Assembly (NCBI GenBank): GCA_050257375.1
Contig: JBLMWT010000060.1
Span: forward strand, 1 to 58,124
Source: Sphingomonadaceae bacterium
GTDB lineage: Bacteria > Pseudomonadota > Gammaproteobacteria > Burkholderiales > SG8-39
DNA: 58,124 bases
Reading direction: 5' to 3'
The notes under the pieces were generated by a model. It ran no database searches. It was not told the DNA's origin and saw only the letters and a program-made list of their open reading frames with translations. Of this stretch, positions 32,608-41,258 are shown piece after piece. How positions within the stretch are numbered: position 1 is the stretch's first letter; the number at the start of each line of letters is the position of its first letter. A program made the translations under genes and the position numbers.

Positions 32608-33852
32608 CTAGGCGCGCTTCTTCGGCGCGACGGCCTCCGCCACCGTTGTCTGCTCGCCGATCTCGAGCTTGGCGATCTGGTTACGGTGCACCTCGTCCGG
32701 TCCGTCCGCGAAGCGCAGGGTGCGTGCGTGCGCGTAGGCCGCCGCGAGGCCGAAGTCCTCCGCGACACCGCCGCCGCCGTGGACCTGCATCGCCCAGTCG
32801 ATCACCTTGCACGCCATGTTCGGCGCGAGCACCTTGATCATGGCGATTTCCTTCCGCGCCACCTTGTTGCCCACGGTGTCCATCTTCCAGGCCGCGTTCA
32901 GCACCATGAAGCGTGCGGAATCGATCATGATGCGCGCCTCCGCGATGCGCTCGCGCGTCACGCCCTGCTCGGCGACCGTCCGCCCGAAGGCGACGCGCGA
33001 GCTCGCGCGCTTGCACATCTTTTCCAGTGCGCGCTCGGCCTGACCGATCAGGCGCATGCAGTGGTGGATGCGCCCCGGCCCGAGGCGCCCCTGCGCGATC
33101 TCGAAGCCGCGCCCCTCGCCGAGCAGGATGTTGGCGGCCGGCACGCGCGCGTTCTTCAGCTCGATTTCCATGTGCCCGTGTGGCGCATCGTCGTAGCCGA
33201 AGACCTTGAGGTGGCGCACGATCCGGATGCCGGGAGTCCCGGCCGGCACCAGAATCATCGACTGCTGGCTGTGGCGCGAAGGATTGTCCGGCGAGGTCTT
33301 GCCCATCAGGATGTACAGCTTGCAACGCGGGTCGCCGGCACCGGAAGACCACCACTTGGTGCCGTTGATCACGTAATCGTTGCTCTCGCGCCTGATGTGC
33401 GTCTGGATGTTGGTGGCATCGGACGACGCCACCGCGGGCTCGGTCATGAGGAACGCCGAGCGGATCTTGCCTTCGAGCAGCGGCTCCAGCCACTCGTCCT
33501 TCTGCGCCTCAGTGCCGTAGCGCTCGATGGTCTCCATATTGCCGGTGTCGGGGGCGGAGCAATTGAACACCTCGGGCGCCCAGCCCACGCGGCCCATGAT
33601 CTCGCACAGCGGCGCGTACTCGAGGTTCGACAGCCCCTCGGGCGCGCGCGGCGAGCGCGGCAGGAACAGGTTCCACAATCCGAGCGCGCGTGCCTTCGGT
33701 TTCAGCTCCTCGATGATCGGAACCGGCTGCCAGCGATTCGGCCCGTTGCAGTGGTCGTACCAGGCCTTCTCGTTCGGATAGATGTGCTCGTCCATGAACG
33801 CCTTGAGCTTCTTCTGCAGCTCCTTCACCCTGGGCGAATACTCGAAGTCCAT
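32608..33852 (-). CDS. acyl-CoA dehydrogenase, ACAD10/ACAD11-like (LvaC-like)
   Basis: 414 aa, with [24 protein letters not shown] and a C-terminal PDEVHR. Confidence 0.88.
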   Translation of the reverse strand: MDFEYSPRVKELQKKLKAFMDEHIYPNEKAWYDHCNGPNRWQPVPIIEELKPKARALGLWNLFLPRSPRAPEGLSNLEYAPLCEIMGRVGWAPEVFNCSAPDTGNMETIERYGTEAQKDEWLEPLLEGKIRSAFLMTEPAVASSDATNIQTHIRRESNDYVINGTKWWSSGAGDPRCKLYILMGKTSPDNPSRHSQQSMILVPAGTPGIRIVRHLKVFGYDDAPHGHMEIELKNARVPAANILLGEGRGFEIAQGRLGPGRIHHCMRLIGQAERALEKMCKRASSRVAFGRTVAEQGVTRERIAEARIMIDSARFMVLNAAWKMDTVGNKVARKEIAMIKVLAPNMACKVIDWAMQVHGGGGVAEDFGLAAAYAHARTLRFADGPDEVHRNQIAKLEIGEQTTVAEAVAPKKRA

Positions 33853-33861
33853 GCTGTTCTC

Positions 33862-34932
33862 CTAGGCGGCTCGTTTCAGTATCTTCTCGACTTGCTTCCA
33901 GCCGAGCTCGGCGAGCAGCGGCGCCTTGCTACCCGCCTCCACGGCGTGGGCGCTCGCGGCGGTGCCGTCGACCACGCGCTTCTTGATACCCTGGGTGATC
34001 GCGGCGATGCGAAACAGGTTGTAGGCCATGTAGAAGTCCCAAGTCGTCGGATCGATGCCCGCCCGCCCGGTCCTCCTGCAGTACATCTCGACGTACTCGC
34101 GCTCGGTGGGAATGCCGAGTTCCTCGAGCGGCAGCCCCTCGATGCCGCGGAACTTACCCGGCGGAATGTGCCAGCTCATGCAATGGTAGGAAAAATCGGC
34201 CAGCGGATCGCCGAGCGTCGACAGTTCCCAGTCGAGCACCGCTAGAATTTTCGGCTCGCGCGGGTGGAAGATGGTGTTGTCGAGGCGGTAGTCGCCATGC
34301 ACGACGCTCGTCATGTCGTCCGGCGGGATGTTCTTCGGTAGCCAGTCGATCAGGTTGTCCATCGGCTCGATGCGCTCCGTTTCGGAGGCGTGGTACTGCT
34401 TGGTCCAGCGCGCAATCTGGCGCTCGACGTAGCTGCCGGGCTTGCCGAAGTCTTCCAGTCCGACCGCTCGGTAGTCGATCGAGTGCAGCTGAGCGATCAC
34501 GCGGTTAAGTTCATCCCAGATTGCGCGCCGCTCGGAGCGGGTCAGGCCAGGCAGGGCCTGGTCCCACAGCACCCTGCCCTCCACGCAATCCATGATGTAG
34601 AAAGCGGTGCCGATGATCGACTCGTCCTCGCACAGCACGTAGGGCCTGGCCACCGGGAAACCGACGCCGTGCAGTGCCTTGATGACGCGGAACTCGCGCT
34701 CGACGGCGTGCGCCGACGGCAGCAGCTTGCCGGGCGGCTTGCGCCGCAGCGCGTAATATCTCCCGCCGGCGCTCAACCGGTAGGTCGGATTGGACTGCCC
34801 GCCCCTGAACTGTTCGACTTCGAGCGGGCCTGAGTAGCCCACCACATGCGCCTGCATGTATTGGTCCAGCCGTCCGGCGTCGAACCGGTGTCGTTCCTCG
34901 ACCGGCTTGGTGCCGACGAACTGATCGTACAT
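33862..34932 (-). CDS. phosphotransferase-family (APH/ChoK-like) kinase, ACAD10/11 N-domain-like (LvaA-like)
   Basis: The start MYDQFVG at 34932 is in frame with the track ORF. It has GGQSNPTYRL, VHGDYRLDN (catalytic loop) and DWELSTLGDP. Confidence 0.85.
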   Translation of the reverse strand: MYDQFVGTKPVEERHRFDAGRLDQYMQAHVVGYSGPLEVEQFRGGQSNPTYRLSAGGRYYALRRKPPGKLLPSAHAVEREFRVIKALHGVGFPVARPYVLCEDESIIGTAFYIMDCVEGRVLWDQALPGLTRSERRAIWDELNRVIAQLHSIDYRAVGLEDFGKPGSYVERQIARWTKQYHASETERIEPMDNLIDWLPKNIPPDDMTSVVHGDYRLDNTIFHPREPKILAVLDWELSTLGDPLADFSYHCMSWHIPPGKFRGIEGLPLEELGIPTEREYVEMYCRRTGRAGIDPTTWDFYMAYNLFRIAAITQGIKKRVVDGTAASAHAVEAGSKAPLLAELGWKQVEKILKRAA

Positions 34933-35011
34933 GGGGGAAATCGAAGCCTGCGATCGGTGTCGCCGCAAGCTTACGCCCAATCGAGTGTCGGCGCCCGCAC
35001 CTGCGCGAACC

Positions 35012-35467
35012 TCAGGAGCCGCCCGCAGGCGGGCAGCGCAGCCAGAAGGTCACTGGACCGTCGTTCACCAAGCTCACCTGCATGTTGGCGCCGAACCACC
35101 CGACGCTCACCTCGGGGACGAGCCCGCGGCAACGCGTAACGAAGCGGCCGAACAGCCGCTCGCCTTCATCGGGCGGCGCAGCGGAGGAAAAACTGGGCCG
35201 CGCGCCCTTCCCCGTATCGGCGGCAAGCGTGAATTGCGGGACGGCGAGCAGCGCGCCGCGCGCATCGGCAAGCGAGAGGTTCATGCGGCCCGCAGCATCC
35301 GGAAAGACGCGGTAGCCCGCGACACGCTCCGCGAGCCGCTCCGCCTCGCGCTCGCCGTCGTTCCGTTCGACCCCCACCAGCGCGAGGATCCCCGGACCGA
35401 TGCGTGCAATCACGCACCCGTCGACCGAAACGCCCGCCTCGGCGACACGCTGGATCAGGGCGATCAC
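35012..35467 (-). CDS. dtd: D-aminoacyl-tRNA deacylase
   Basis: GTG at 35467 forms a GTGA overlap with the upstream stop. IALIQRV..., SQFTLAADT-like PQFTLAADT and MQVSLVNDGPVTFWL align with E. coli Dtd. Confidence 0.87.
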   Translation of the reverse strand: MIALIQRVAEAGVSVDGCVIARIGPGILALVGVERNDGEREAERLAERVAGYRVFPDAAGRMNLSLADARGALLAVPQFTLAADTGKGARPSFSSAAPPDEGERLFGRFVTRCRGLVPEVSVGWFGANMQVSLVNDGPVTFWLRCPPAGGS

Positions 35468-35730
35468 GCGATGATGTCCGGGATCAGCCTGTTCTTTAGC
35501 AGCGCGATCTGGTCCTTGAGCAGCAGCTTTCGCTTCTTGAGACGCCGCAGCTGCAGCTGGTCCTGCACCGGGTCCTGAGCCAGTCGGTCGATGATGTCGT
35601 TCAGATCGCTGTGCTCGACTTCGAGCGCGCGAATACGCGCGACCAATTGCGATTTTTCCTCGTCGGTGAGAGAAAGGTTTGCCAAAGTCAGCTCCCACCA
35701 CGGCTCGGGTGCGCCCGCATTACCGACCAT
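35464..35730 (-). CDS. small coiled-coil protein, DUF465/YdcH-like
   Basis: HSDLNDIIDRL ... LRRLKKRKLLLKDQI is characteristic of DUF465. The exact start is uncertain. Confidence 0.5.
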   Translation of the reverse strand: MVGNAGAPEPWWELTLANLSLTDEEKSQLVARIRALEVEHSDLNDIIDRLAQDPVQDQLQLRRLKKRKLLLKDQIALLKNRLIPDIIA

Positions 35731-35838
35731 GACAAATCCACCATTCTCATGGCGGCCCGGTCGTGAAAAAGGTCACCGCCCCTTCGCGGGATTTGGCACA
35801 TCCTAGCGCTACTCGCCGACACGGAAAAGAGGCGCGGA

Positions 35839-36888
35839 GTGCACACAGACATCGCCGAGAGGGCAACCAAGTCGCAGCCGTCGGATCCGACGTGCTCGGG
35901 GCAAGAAGCGCCCGCTGCCTCAGGCATGCGTCGCAACGATTACGACGTCACGAACCTGGTGCAGACCACGGCGCCTACGGCGGTGTACGACGAGATCATC
36001 CGGCTGTTCCAAGGCTTGTACGAAGAGTCCCCGGGTCGATTGCTGCAGCGGGCGTTCCAGGACGTGGAGCGCCTGTATCAAGGCGAAGACGCCGAGTACT
36101 ACCCCTGCGATACCAGCTATCACGATATCCAGCACGTGCTCGACGTAACTTTGGCGATGGGCCGGCTGATGGATGGCTATCAGCGCAGCCGGCGCAACGG
36201 GACCCCGGCCCTCCCCCCGGAGCTGTTCGTGCTCGGAGTGCTGTCGGCCCTGTTTCACGATTTCGGTTACCTCCGGCGCCGCAGCGATCGCCGGCACCGG
36301 TATGGCGCCGAGTACACGCTTACGCACGTCGCGCGGGGCGCGACCTTCCTGCGCCGCTACATGCGGCGCCAGGGTACCGGTCGGCTTGCGGAAATTGCGT
36401 CCAGGCTGCTGCACTACACCGGCTACGAGCGCCGCGCGGAATCGATCCGCATCGGCGACACGCTGCTCAGGCGCGTCGGTCACATGCTCGGGACTGCAGA
36501 CATCATCGCGCAGATGGCCGATCGCTGCTATTTGGAGAAGTGCCGCGACCGCCTCTACCCGGAATTCGTGCTCGGCGGCCTCGCGCGGCGCCCGTTGACC
36601 GGCGCCCAGACCCACCTCCTCGTCGCCTCGGGCGAGGAGTTGGTGCGCCAGACGCCGAGTTTCTACCACAATGCGCTCAGGCGCCTGGACGTGCAGCTTG
36701 CGCGCGCGTACGAGTATGCCGCCTATCACTTCCGTGGACAGAACCTGTACCTGGAAGAGATGCAGAAAAACGTCCACTACGCGACGCTGCTCGAAGGCAG
36801 CGACAGCAGCGAGATGCTGCGTCGGACTCCGCCGGAGACGCTCAGTTCGGACGTCGAGTCTTACCCTCCTGATACCGTAAACCGCTAG
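35839..36888 (+). CDS. HD-domain (metal-dependent phosphohydrolase superfamily) protein, function unknown
   Basis: SYHDIQHVLDV and LSALFHDFGYL supply the H..HD..D signature. More A/T-ending codons are seen by eye than in neighbouring genes. The start could be 35839 (GTG) or 35926 (ATG). Confidence 0.6.
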   Translation: MHTDIAERATKSQPSDPTCSGQEAPAASGMRRNDYDVTNLVQTTAPTAVYDEIIRLFQGLYEESPGRLLQRAFQDVERLYQGEDAEYYPCDTSYHDIQHVLDVTLAMGRLMDGYQRSRRNGTPALPPELFVLGVLSALFHDFGYLRRRSDRRHRYGAEYTLTHVARGATFLRRYMRRQGTGRLAEIASRLLHYTGYERRAESIRIGDTLLRRVGHMLGTADIIAQMADRCYLEKCRDRLYPEFVLGGLARRPLTGAQTHLLVASGEELVRQTPSFYHNALRRLDVQLARAYEYAAYHFRGQNLYLEEMQKNVHYATLLEGSDSSEMLRRTPPETLSSDVESYPPDTVNR

Positions 36889-36954
36889 AAGTCGATAGCG
36901 CACGCGGCGCGCGCATTCATCACAGTTCCTTGCACACAACTCCGAGCGGCCGAG

Positions 36955-37248
36955 CTACATTCTGATCGCAGCAAAGATCTCCTCCCTGCGATGGCTCGGC
37001 CCGGAAGCTTCCCGCTCCGGGCCTTTTTGTTTCTCTGTAAGGGCTTCGCCGCCTCGCTGCCTGGCAGCCAGGGCGATGACCAGGTCGCTGCGCTCGCGAA
37101 GGAATTTGCCGGGTACGCGCACGCCTTCGCCTGAGGGGTCGAGATATCCGATACGCACTCGCGCGCGGGCAGAAGTCGCTTCGGCAACCTGATGCTGCCG
37201 CGACCGACCGCGCGGCGTATCGAAGCCGACACTCAAGCCTGCGATCAT
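36955..37248 (-). CDS. hypothetical 97-aa ORF (possibly a gene remnant)
   Basis: This is only an open frame with ordinary amino-acid composition and intermediate GC3 (about 70% by eye). I recognise no family. Confidence 0.25.
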   Translation of the reverse strand: MIAGLSVGFDTPRGRSRQHQVAEATSARARVRIGYLDPSGEGVRVPGKFLRERSDLVIALAARQRGGEALTEKQKGPEREASGPSHRREEIFAAIRM

Positions 37249-37331
37249 CAGCCGCTCATCGTCGAGCTCGAGCCCTGAGAGCGCCCGCGTAAACCGGACG
37301 CACCACTCGAGCTTTCGGCTGCAACCGTGCG

Positions 37332-37343
37332 GATGTTAACATC
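37332..37343. promoter_or_regulatory. perfect 12-bp palindrome GATGTTAACATC (candidate operator)
   Basis: Read directly. It is AT-rich in a GC-rich context and lies 51 nt upstream of the 37394 ATG, in the spacer between two divergent orphan ORFs. Confidence 0.45.
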
Positions 37344-37393
37344 GCCGCGCGAACGGCTCGGTCAAACTCTTGCCATCGCACTGGAGGATTTCC

Positions 37394-37762
37394 ATGCTGC
37401 ACATCTCCGCTCAACATCTCGCGGAACTGCTCTCGGGGATCGCGCGCGCGCAGACCGCATTGGTGCATGGAATCGAGTCGGCCAATCCTGGGACGCGCAG
37501 CAACTTCATCGTGCCCGCGATCCAGAACGCCGCGCACCTGCGCGATCACCCGCAGCCGACACTGACGGATCTGCCGGTGCGCATCCTGCTCACCTACATG
37601 GGACGCAGCGGTCCGGACATCGAGGCGGTCGCGCGCGACATCGAGCGATTGGTCGCGCAGCCCGCCCAAGCGGCCGACCCGGTCGGCGCACCCGAATCCT
37701 CCGTCACATCGAGCGAGCCGGAATCCTCGGCGGGCGAATCGCTCGATTTCAGTAATCTCTGA
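37394..37762 (+). CDS. hypothetical protein (122 aa) with an acidic Ser/Glu-rich tail
   Basis: The ATG is preceded by GGAGG at -12..-8. I recognise no family. The C-terminus is PESSVTSSEPESSAGESLDFSNL. Confidence 0.4.
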   Translation: MLHISAQHLAELLSGIARAQTALVHGIESANPGTRSNFIVPAIQNAAHLRDHPQPTLTDLPVRILLTYMGRSGPDIEAVARDIERLVAQPAQAADPVGAPESSVTSSEPESSAGESLDFSNL

Positions 37763-37765
37763 GGG

Positions 37766-38575
37766 CTAGAAGTCCTTCGGCTCGGGAGGGAACGAAGGCT
37801 TCCTTTTCTCGCGGTGCGAGGCAATGCCTTCCTGCACTTCGGGCCCGCTGAAACCCACGAATTCGAGCGCGAGCGAGGCATCGAAGCTCGGTCCCGCCAT
37901 GCGCAGCCAATTGTTCAGGCTGTATTTGGTCCAGCGCAGCGCGGTCTGCGCGCCCGCAGCGAGCCTGCGCGCCACCTCGAGCGCTTTGGCCTGCAGCTCC
38001 GCCTCCTCGCAAACGAGCGACACCAGGCCGATGCGTTCGGCCTCTTCGCCGCTCACCTGTTCGCAAGTGAGCAGATAGTATTTCGCCTTCGCCATACCGC
38101 AAAGCAATGGCCACACGATCGCCGCGTGGTCGCCCGCCGCAACGCCGAGCCGGGTGTGGCCATCGATAATGCGCGCGTTTCTCGCTGCGATCGATACGTC
38201 GGCGAGCAGCCCGGCAACCAACCCGGCTCCGACTGCCGGCCCGTGCATGGCCGACACCACGAGCTTCGAGCAGTTGATGAGGTTGTAGACGAGGTCGCGC
38301 GCCTCGCGCCAGACGCGGGCGCGCGCCGCGAAGTCACGCGTGATCTCCTCGACCATCGCGAGGTCTCCACCGCCGGAGAAGCCCTTGCCCGCACCGCGCA
38401 GAATCGCCACCCGCGTCTCGGGATCCCGGTCGATATCTAGCCAGATCTGCGCCAGCTCGGCGTGCATGCGCGCCGTGGCGGTCGAGAGCTTTCCCCCCTC
38501 CTCGCCCATGACGACTTCGACGATACCCGGCTCGACGCGCCGGACTTTCAGGTCCTGGTATTTAGAGTAGTCCAT
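37766..38575 (-). CDS. enoyl-CoA hydratase/isomerase (crotonase) family protein
   Basis: 269 aa, with [12 protein letters not shown] and [10 protein letters not shown] crotonase motifs. Confidence 0.85.
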   Translation of the reverse strand: MDYSKYQDLKVRRVEPGIVEVVMGEEGGKLSTATARMHAELAQIWLDIDRDPETRVAILRGAGKGFSGGGDLAMVEEITRDFAARARVWREARDLVYNLINCSKLVVSAMHGPAVGAGLVAGLLADVSIAARNARIIDGHTRLGVAAGDHAAIVWPLLCGMAKAKYYLLTCEQVSGEEAERIGLVSLVCEEAELQAKALEVARRLAAGAQTALRWTKYSLNNWLRMAGPSFDASLALEFVGFSGPEVQEGIASHREKRKPSFPPEPKDF

Positions 38576-38597
38576 GCGGACATTCTACAATCGGGCC

Positions 38598-39488
38598 ATG
38601 ACTTCGATTCTGCGGACGGCGGAGGAGCGGTTCGTCGGGCTTCCGGGCTTTTCCTGGGCGCCGCGCTATCTCGAGTGGCGCGGCATGCGCGTGCATTACT
38701 TGGATGAAGGACCGCAACGCGCGCCGGTCTACCTGTGCCTGCACGGCGAGCCGACCTGGAGCTACCTGTACAGGCGCATGATCCCGCCGCTGCTCGCCGC
38801 CGGCGCGCGTGTGCTGGCACCGGACCTGCTCGGCTTCGGCCGCTCGGACAAGCCCGAGGACGAAGCAACGTACACTTTCGAGTTCCATCGCGCCTTGCTA
38901 CTCGATTTCGTCGAGCGCCTCGACCTGCGCCGCATCACCCTGGTCGTGCAGGACTGGGGCGGGCTCCTCGGTCTCACGCTTCCGATGGAAGCGCCTGAAC
39001 GCTACCATCGGCTGCTCGTCATGAACACTGCGCTCGGCACCGGGGACGTGCCGCTGTCCGAGGGCTTCGTTGCCTGGCGCGACTACGTGAACAAGAATCC
39101 GGATCTGGCCTGCGGCAAGCTGCTCAAGCGCGCCTGCCCGCAGCTGAACGACGCGGAAGCAGCGGGCTACGACGCACCGTTTCCGGACACGCGCTACAAG
39201 GCGGGCGTGCGAAGCTTCCCGAACCTGGTGCCGGACCACCCCGAGGCGCCCGGGGCGGCGCTGTCGCGCAAGGCGCGCGAGTGGTGGCGCGACGACTGGC
39301 GCGGCGAGTCGTTCATGGCGGTGGGCGCACGGGATCCGGTGCTCGGAACGCCCGTGATGAATGAATTGCGCAAGTCCATCCGCGGCTGCCCCGAACCGTA
39401 CGTCGTCGCCGAAGGCGGGCATTTCCTGCAGGAATGGGGCGAGCAGGTTGCGCGCGCGGCCCTCGCGCACTGGCGGAGCGCGGCGTGA
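38598..39488 (+). CDS. dhlA: haloalkane dehalogenase, DhlA-type (HLD-I)
   Basis: It aligns by eye with X. autotrophicus DhlA (HGEPTWSYLYRRMIP, YTFEFHR, ITLVVQDWGG, PFPDTRYKAGVRSFP, GGHFLQEWGEQVA). The Asp nucleophile, both Trp residues, the Asp and the His are all present. Confidence 0.85.
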   Translation: MTSILRTAEERFVGLPGFSWAPRYLEWRGMRVHYLDEGPQRAPVYLCLHGEPTWSYLYRRMIPPLLAAGARVLAPDLLGFGRSDKPEDEATYTFEFHRALLLDFVERLDLRRITLVVQDWGGLLGLTLPMEAPERYHRLLVMNTALGTGDVPLSEGFVAWRDYVNKNPDLACGKLLKRACPQLNDAEAAGYDAPFPDTRYKAGVRSFPNLVPDHPEAPGAALSRKAREWWRDDWRGESFMAVGARDPVLGTPVMNELRKSIRGCPEPYVVAEGGHFLQEWGEQVARAALAHWRSAA

Positions 39489-40465
39489 AGCTCGCGGTTT
39501 CGTTCGAGGACGTCGCCGCCGCGCACGCGCGCATTGCGGGTCAGGCGCGGCGCACGCCCGCGCTGACCTCGAGCACTGTCGATGCGCTCACCGGCGCGCG
39601 CGTGTTCTTCAAGTGCGAGAACCTGCAGCGCATGGGTGCCTTCAAATTTCGTGGCGCGTACAACGCGCTTGCGCAACTTTCCGCGGACGAAAAGCGTCGC
39701 GGCGTCATCACGTTTTCCTCGGGCAACCACGCCCAGGCGGTCGCGCTCGCGGGCAGGATGCTCGGCGTGCCGGCGACCATCGTCATGCCGCAGGACGCCC
39801 CGGCGGTGAAGCTCGCGGCGACGCGCGGCTACGGCGCCGAGGTGATCACCTACGATCCGCGACAGGAGTCGCGCGAAGCGCTTGCGCGGCGCATCGGCGC
39901 CGAGCGCGGCCTCAAGGTGATCCCGCCGTTCGACCACCCCCACATCATCGCGGGCCAGGGTACGGCCGCCAAGGAACTGATCGAGGACGCAGGTCCGCTC
40001 GACATGTTGCTCGTGCCCTGCGGCGGCGGCGGCCTGCTCTCGGGCTGCGCAGTAGCGGCGCGCCACATGCTGCCCGGTTGCCGCGTGATCGGCGTCGAGC
40101 CGGCAGCCGGCGACGATGCGACGCGCTCGTTCAGGACGAGGACGCTGCAAAGCGTGCACAACCCGGACACCATCGCCGACGGCGCGCGCACCTCCTCGCT
40201 CGGCGAACTGACCTTTCCGCTGGTGCTGCAATACGTGAGCGACATGCTCACCGTGGAAGACGAAGAGCTGCTCGGCAGCATGTTCTTTCTGTGGGAGCGC
40301 ATGAAGCTCGTGGTCGAGCCGACCGGAACGCTCGCGGCCTGCGCCTTGCTGACGAAGAAGGTCGACGCGCACGGCCTGCGCGTCGGCATCATCCTCTCGG
40401 GCGGCAACGTCGACCTGGACTGGGCCGCCGCGCAGCGCCTGCGAGCGGTCAAGGCAAAGGTCTAG
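39485..40465 (+). CDS. PLP-dependent serine/threonine dehydratase family protein (serine-racemase / threo-3-hydroxyaspartate ammonia-lyase-like)
   Basis: GTG at 39485 forms a GTGA overlap with the dehalogenase stop. It has the PLP-lysine motif ENLQRMGAFKFRGAYN, SSGNHAQA and GGGGLLSG. Confidence 0.85.
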   Translation: MKLAVSFEDVAAAHARIAGQARRTPALTSSTVDALTGARVFFKCENLQRMGAFKFRGAYNALAQLSADEKRRGVITFSSGNHAQAVALAGRMLGVPATIVMPQDAPAVKLAATRGYGAEVITYDPRQESREALARRIGAERGLKVIPPFDHPHIIAGQGTAAKELIEDAGPLDMLLVPCGGGGLLSGCAVAARHMLPGCRVIGVEPAAGDDATRSFRTRTLQSVHNPDTIADGARTSSLGELTFPLVLQYVSDMLTVEDEELLGSMFFLWERMKLVVEPTGTLAACALLTKKVDAHGLRVGIILSGGNVDLDWAAAQRLRAVKAKV

Positions 40466-41163
40466 GCCCGTCTCCGGCGTCGGGGCCCGAGCAAGCTGGC
40501 GAGCAGCACGCCGATCAATCCGCTCAGAAAGATACCGTCGAACTTCCCGGCACCACCGATCGACGCGATTGGCGCACCGAGGCCGGCCACCTTGCCGAGG
40601 TTGAGCAGGTCCGCGCCGATCAGCGTCCCGATGCTGCCGGCCACGTAAGCGAGCGGCGCCGCGCGCTTGCGGGAAAAGGCGAGGGCGGCAAGCGCCGCGA
40701 CGAGCGGCGGAACGAAGATCGGCACGGCGATTCCCACTCCGGGCACCGGGTAGGCCAACGCGTGCACGACGAGCGTTACGACGGCCACCGCAGCCAGGCC
40801 GCTCAGGTAGAGCCTGTTCTTCAGGACCAGGTAGGCGGAGACCAAGGTCGGCACGACCGCGCCGCCCACGTTCACCGCGATCGCCGTACCCGGCCACTCG
40901 TGCACCACCGGCACCACGTAGCGCATGCCGAAAAAGCTGATGACCTCGTTCGAGTAGACATGCTCGGGCGGCAAGTGCGCCACCGTCACGTTGACGTAGC
41001 TTCCCAGAAACGACAGCAGCAGCAGCGCGAGCATATAGCGCGGGCCGATGCCGGCCTGCTCGTAGGCGAACTGCACGATGCGCAGCTCGATCAGGACGAC
41101 GACGAACACGAACAGGAAGAACAGGCCGGCGAAAAACGGCAGAGCGAGAGGGAGGTAGTTCAT
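40462..41163 (-). CDS. integral membrane protein (DUF1614-like)
   Basis: 233 aa and polytopic. The family assignment is from memory of the overall pattern only. Confidence 0.55.
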   Translation of the reverse strand: MNYLPLALPFFAGLFFLFVFVVVLIELRIVQFAYEQAGIGPRYMLALLLLSFLGSYVNVTVAHLPPEHVYSNEVISFFGMRYVVPVVHEWPGTAIAVNVGGAVVPTLVSAYLVLKNRLYLSGLAAVAVVTLVVHALAYPVPGVGIAVPIFVPPLVAALAALAFSRKRAAPLAYVAGSIGTLIGADLLNLGKVAGLGAPIASIGGAGKFDGIFLSGLIGVLLASLLGPRRRRRA

Positions 41164-41186
41164 CTGGGACCGAGCCGTGGTTCGCC

Positions 41187-41233
41187 GCGATCTTAGCGCG
41201 GGGCGTGGCGACGCGCATTTGCGCTAAGATCGC
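41187..41233. repeat. perfect 13-bp inverted repeat GCGATCTTAGCGC ... GCGCTAAGATCGC with a 21-nt spacer
   Basis: Read directly and checked base by base. It lies in the 95-bp divergent spacer and ends 25 nt before the oxidoreductase ATG. Confidence 0.8.
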
Positions 41234-41258
41234 CCCCTTCTCAGCGAGCGAGCCTGCC

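Noticed and set aside
35794-35807. A sigma-54-like TGGCAC element upstream of the HD-domain gene.
   Set aside because: The spacing from GG to the next GC is 9 nt (or 11 nt to the alternative GC), not the required 10. The -12 region reads AGCG rather than TTGC.
37256-37669. A 137-aa minus-strand ORF overlapping the 37394..37762 gene.
   Set aside because: It is antisense to an ORF that has a proper SD and ATG. It also has no start context or family resemblance of its own.
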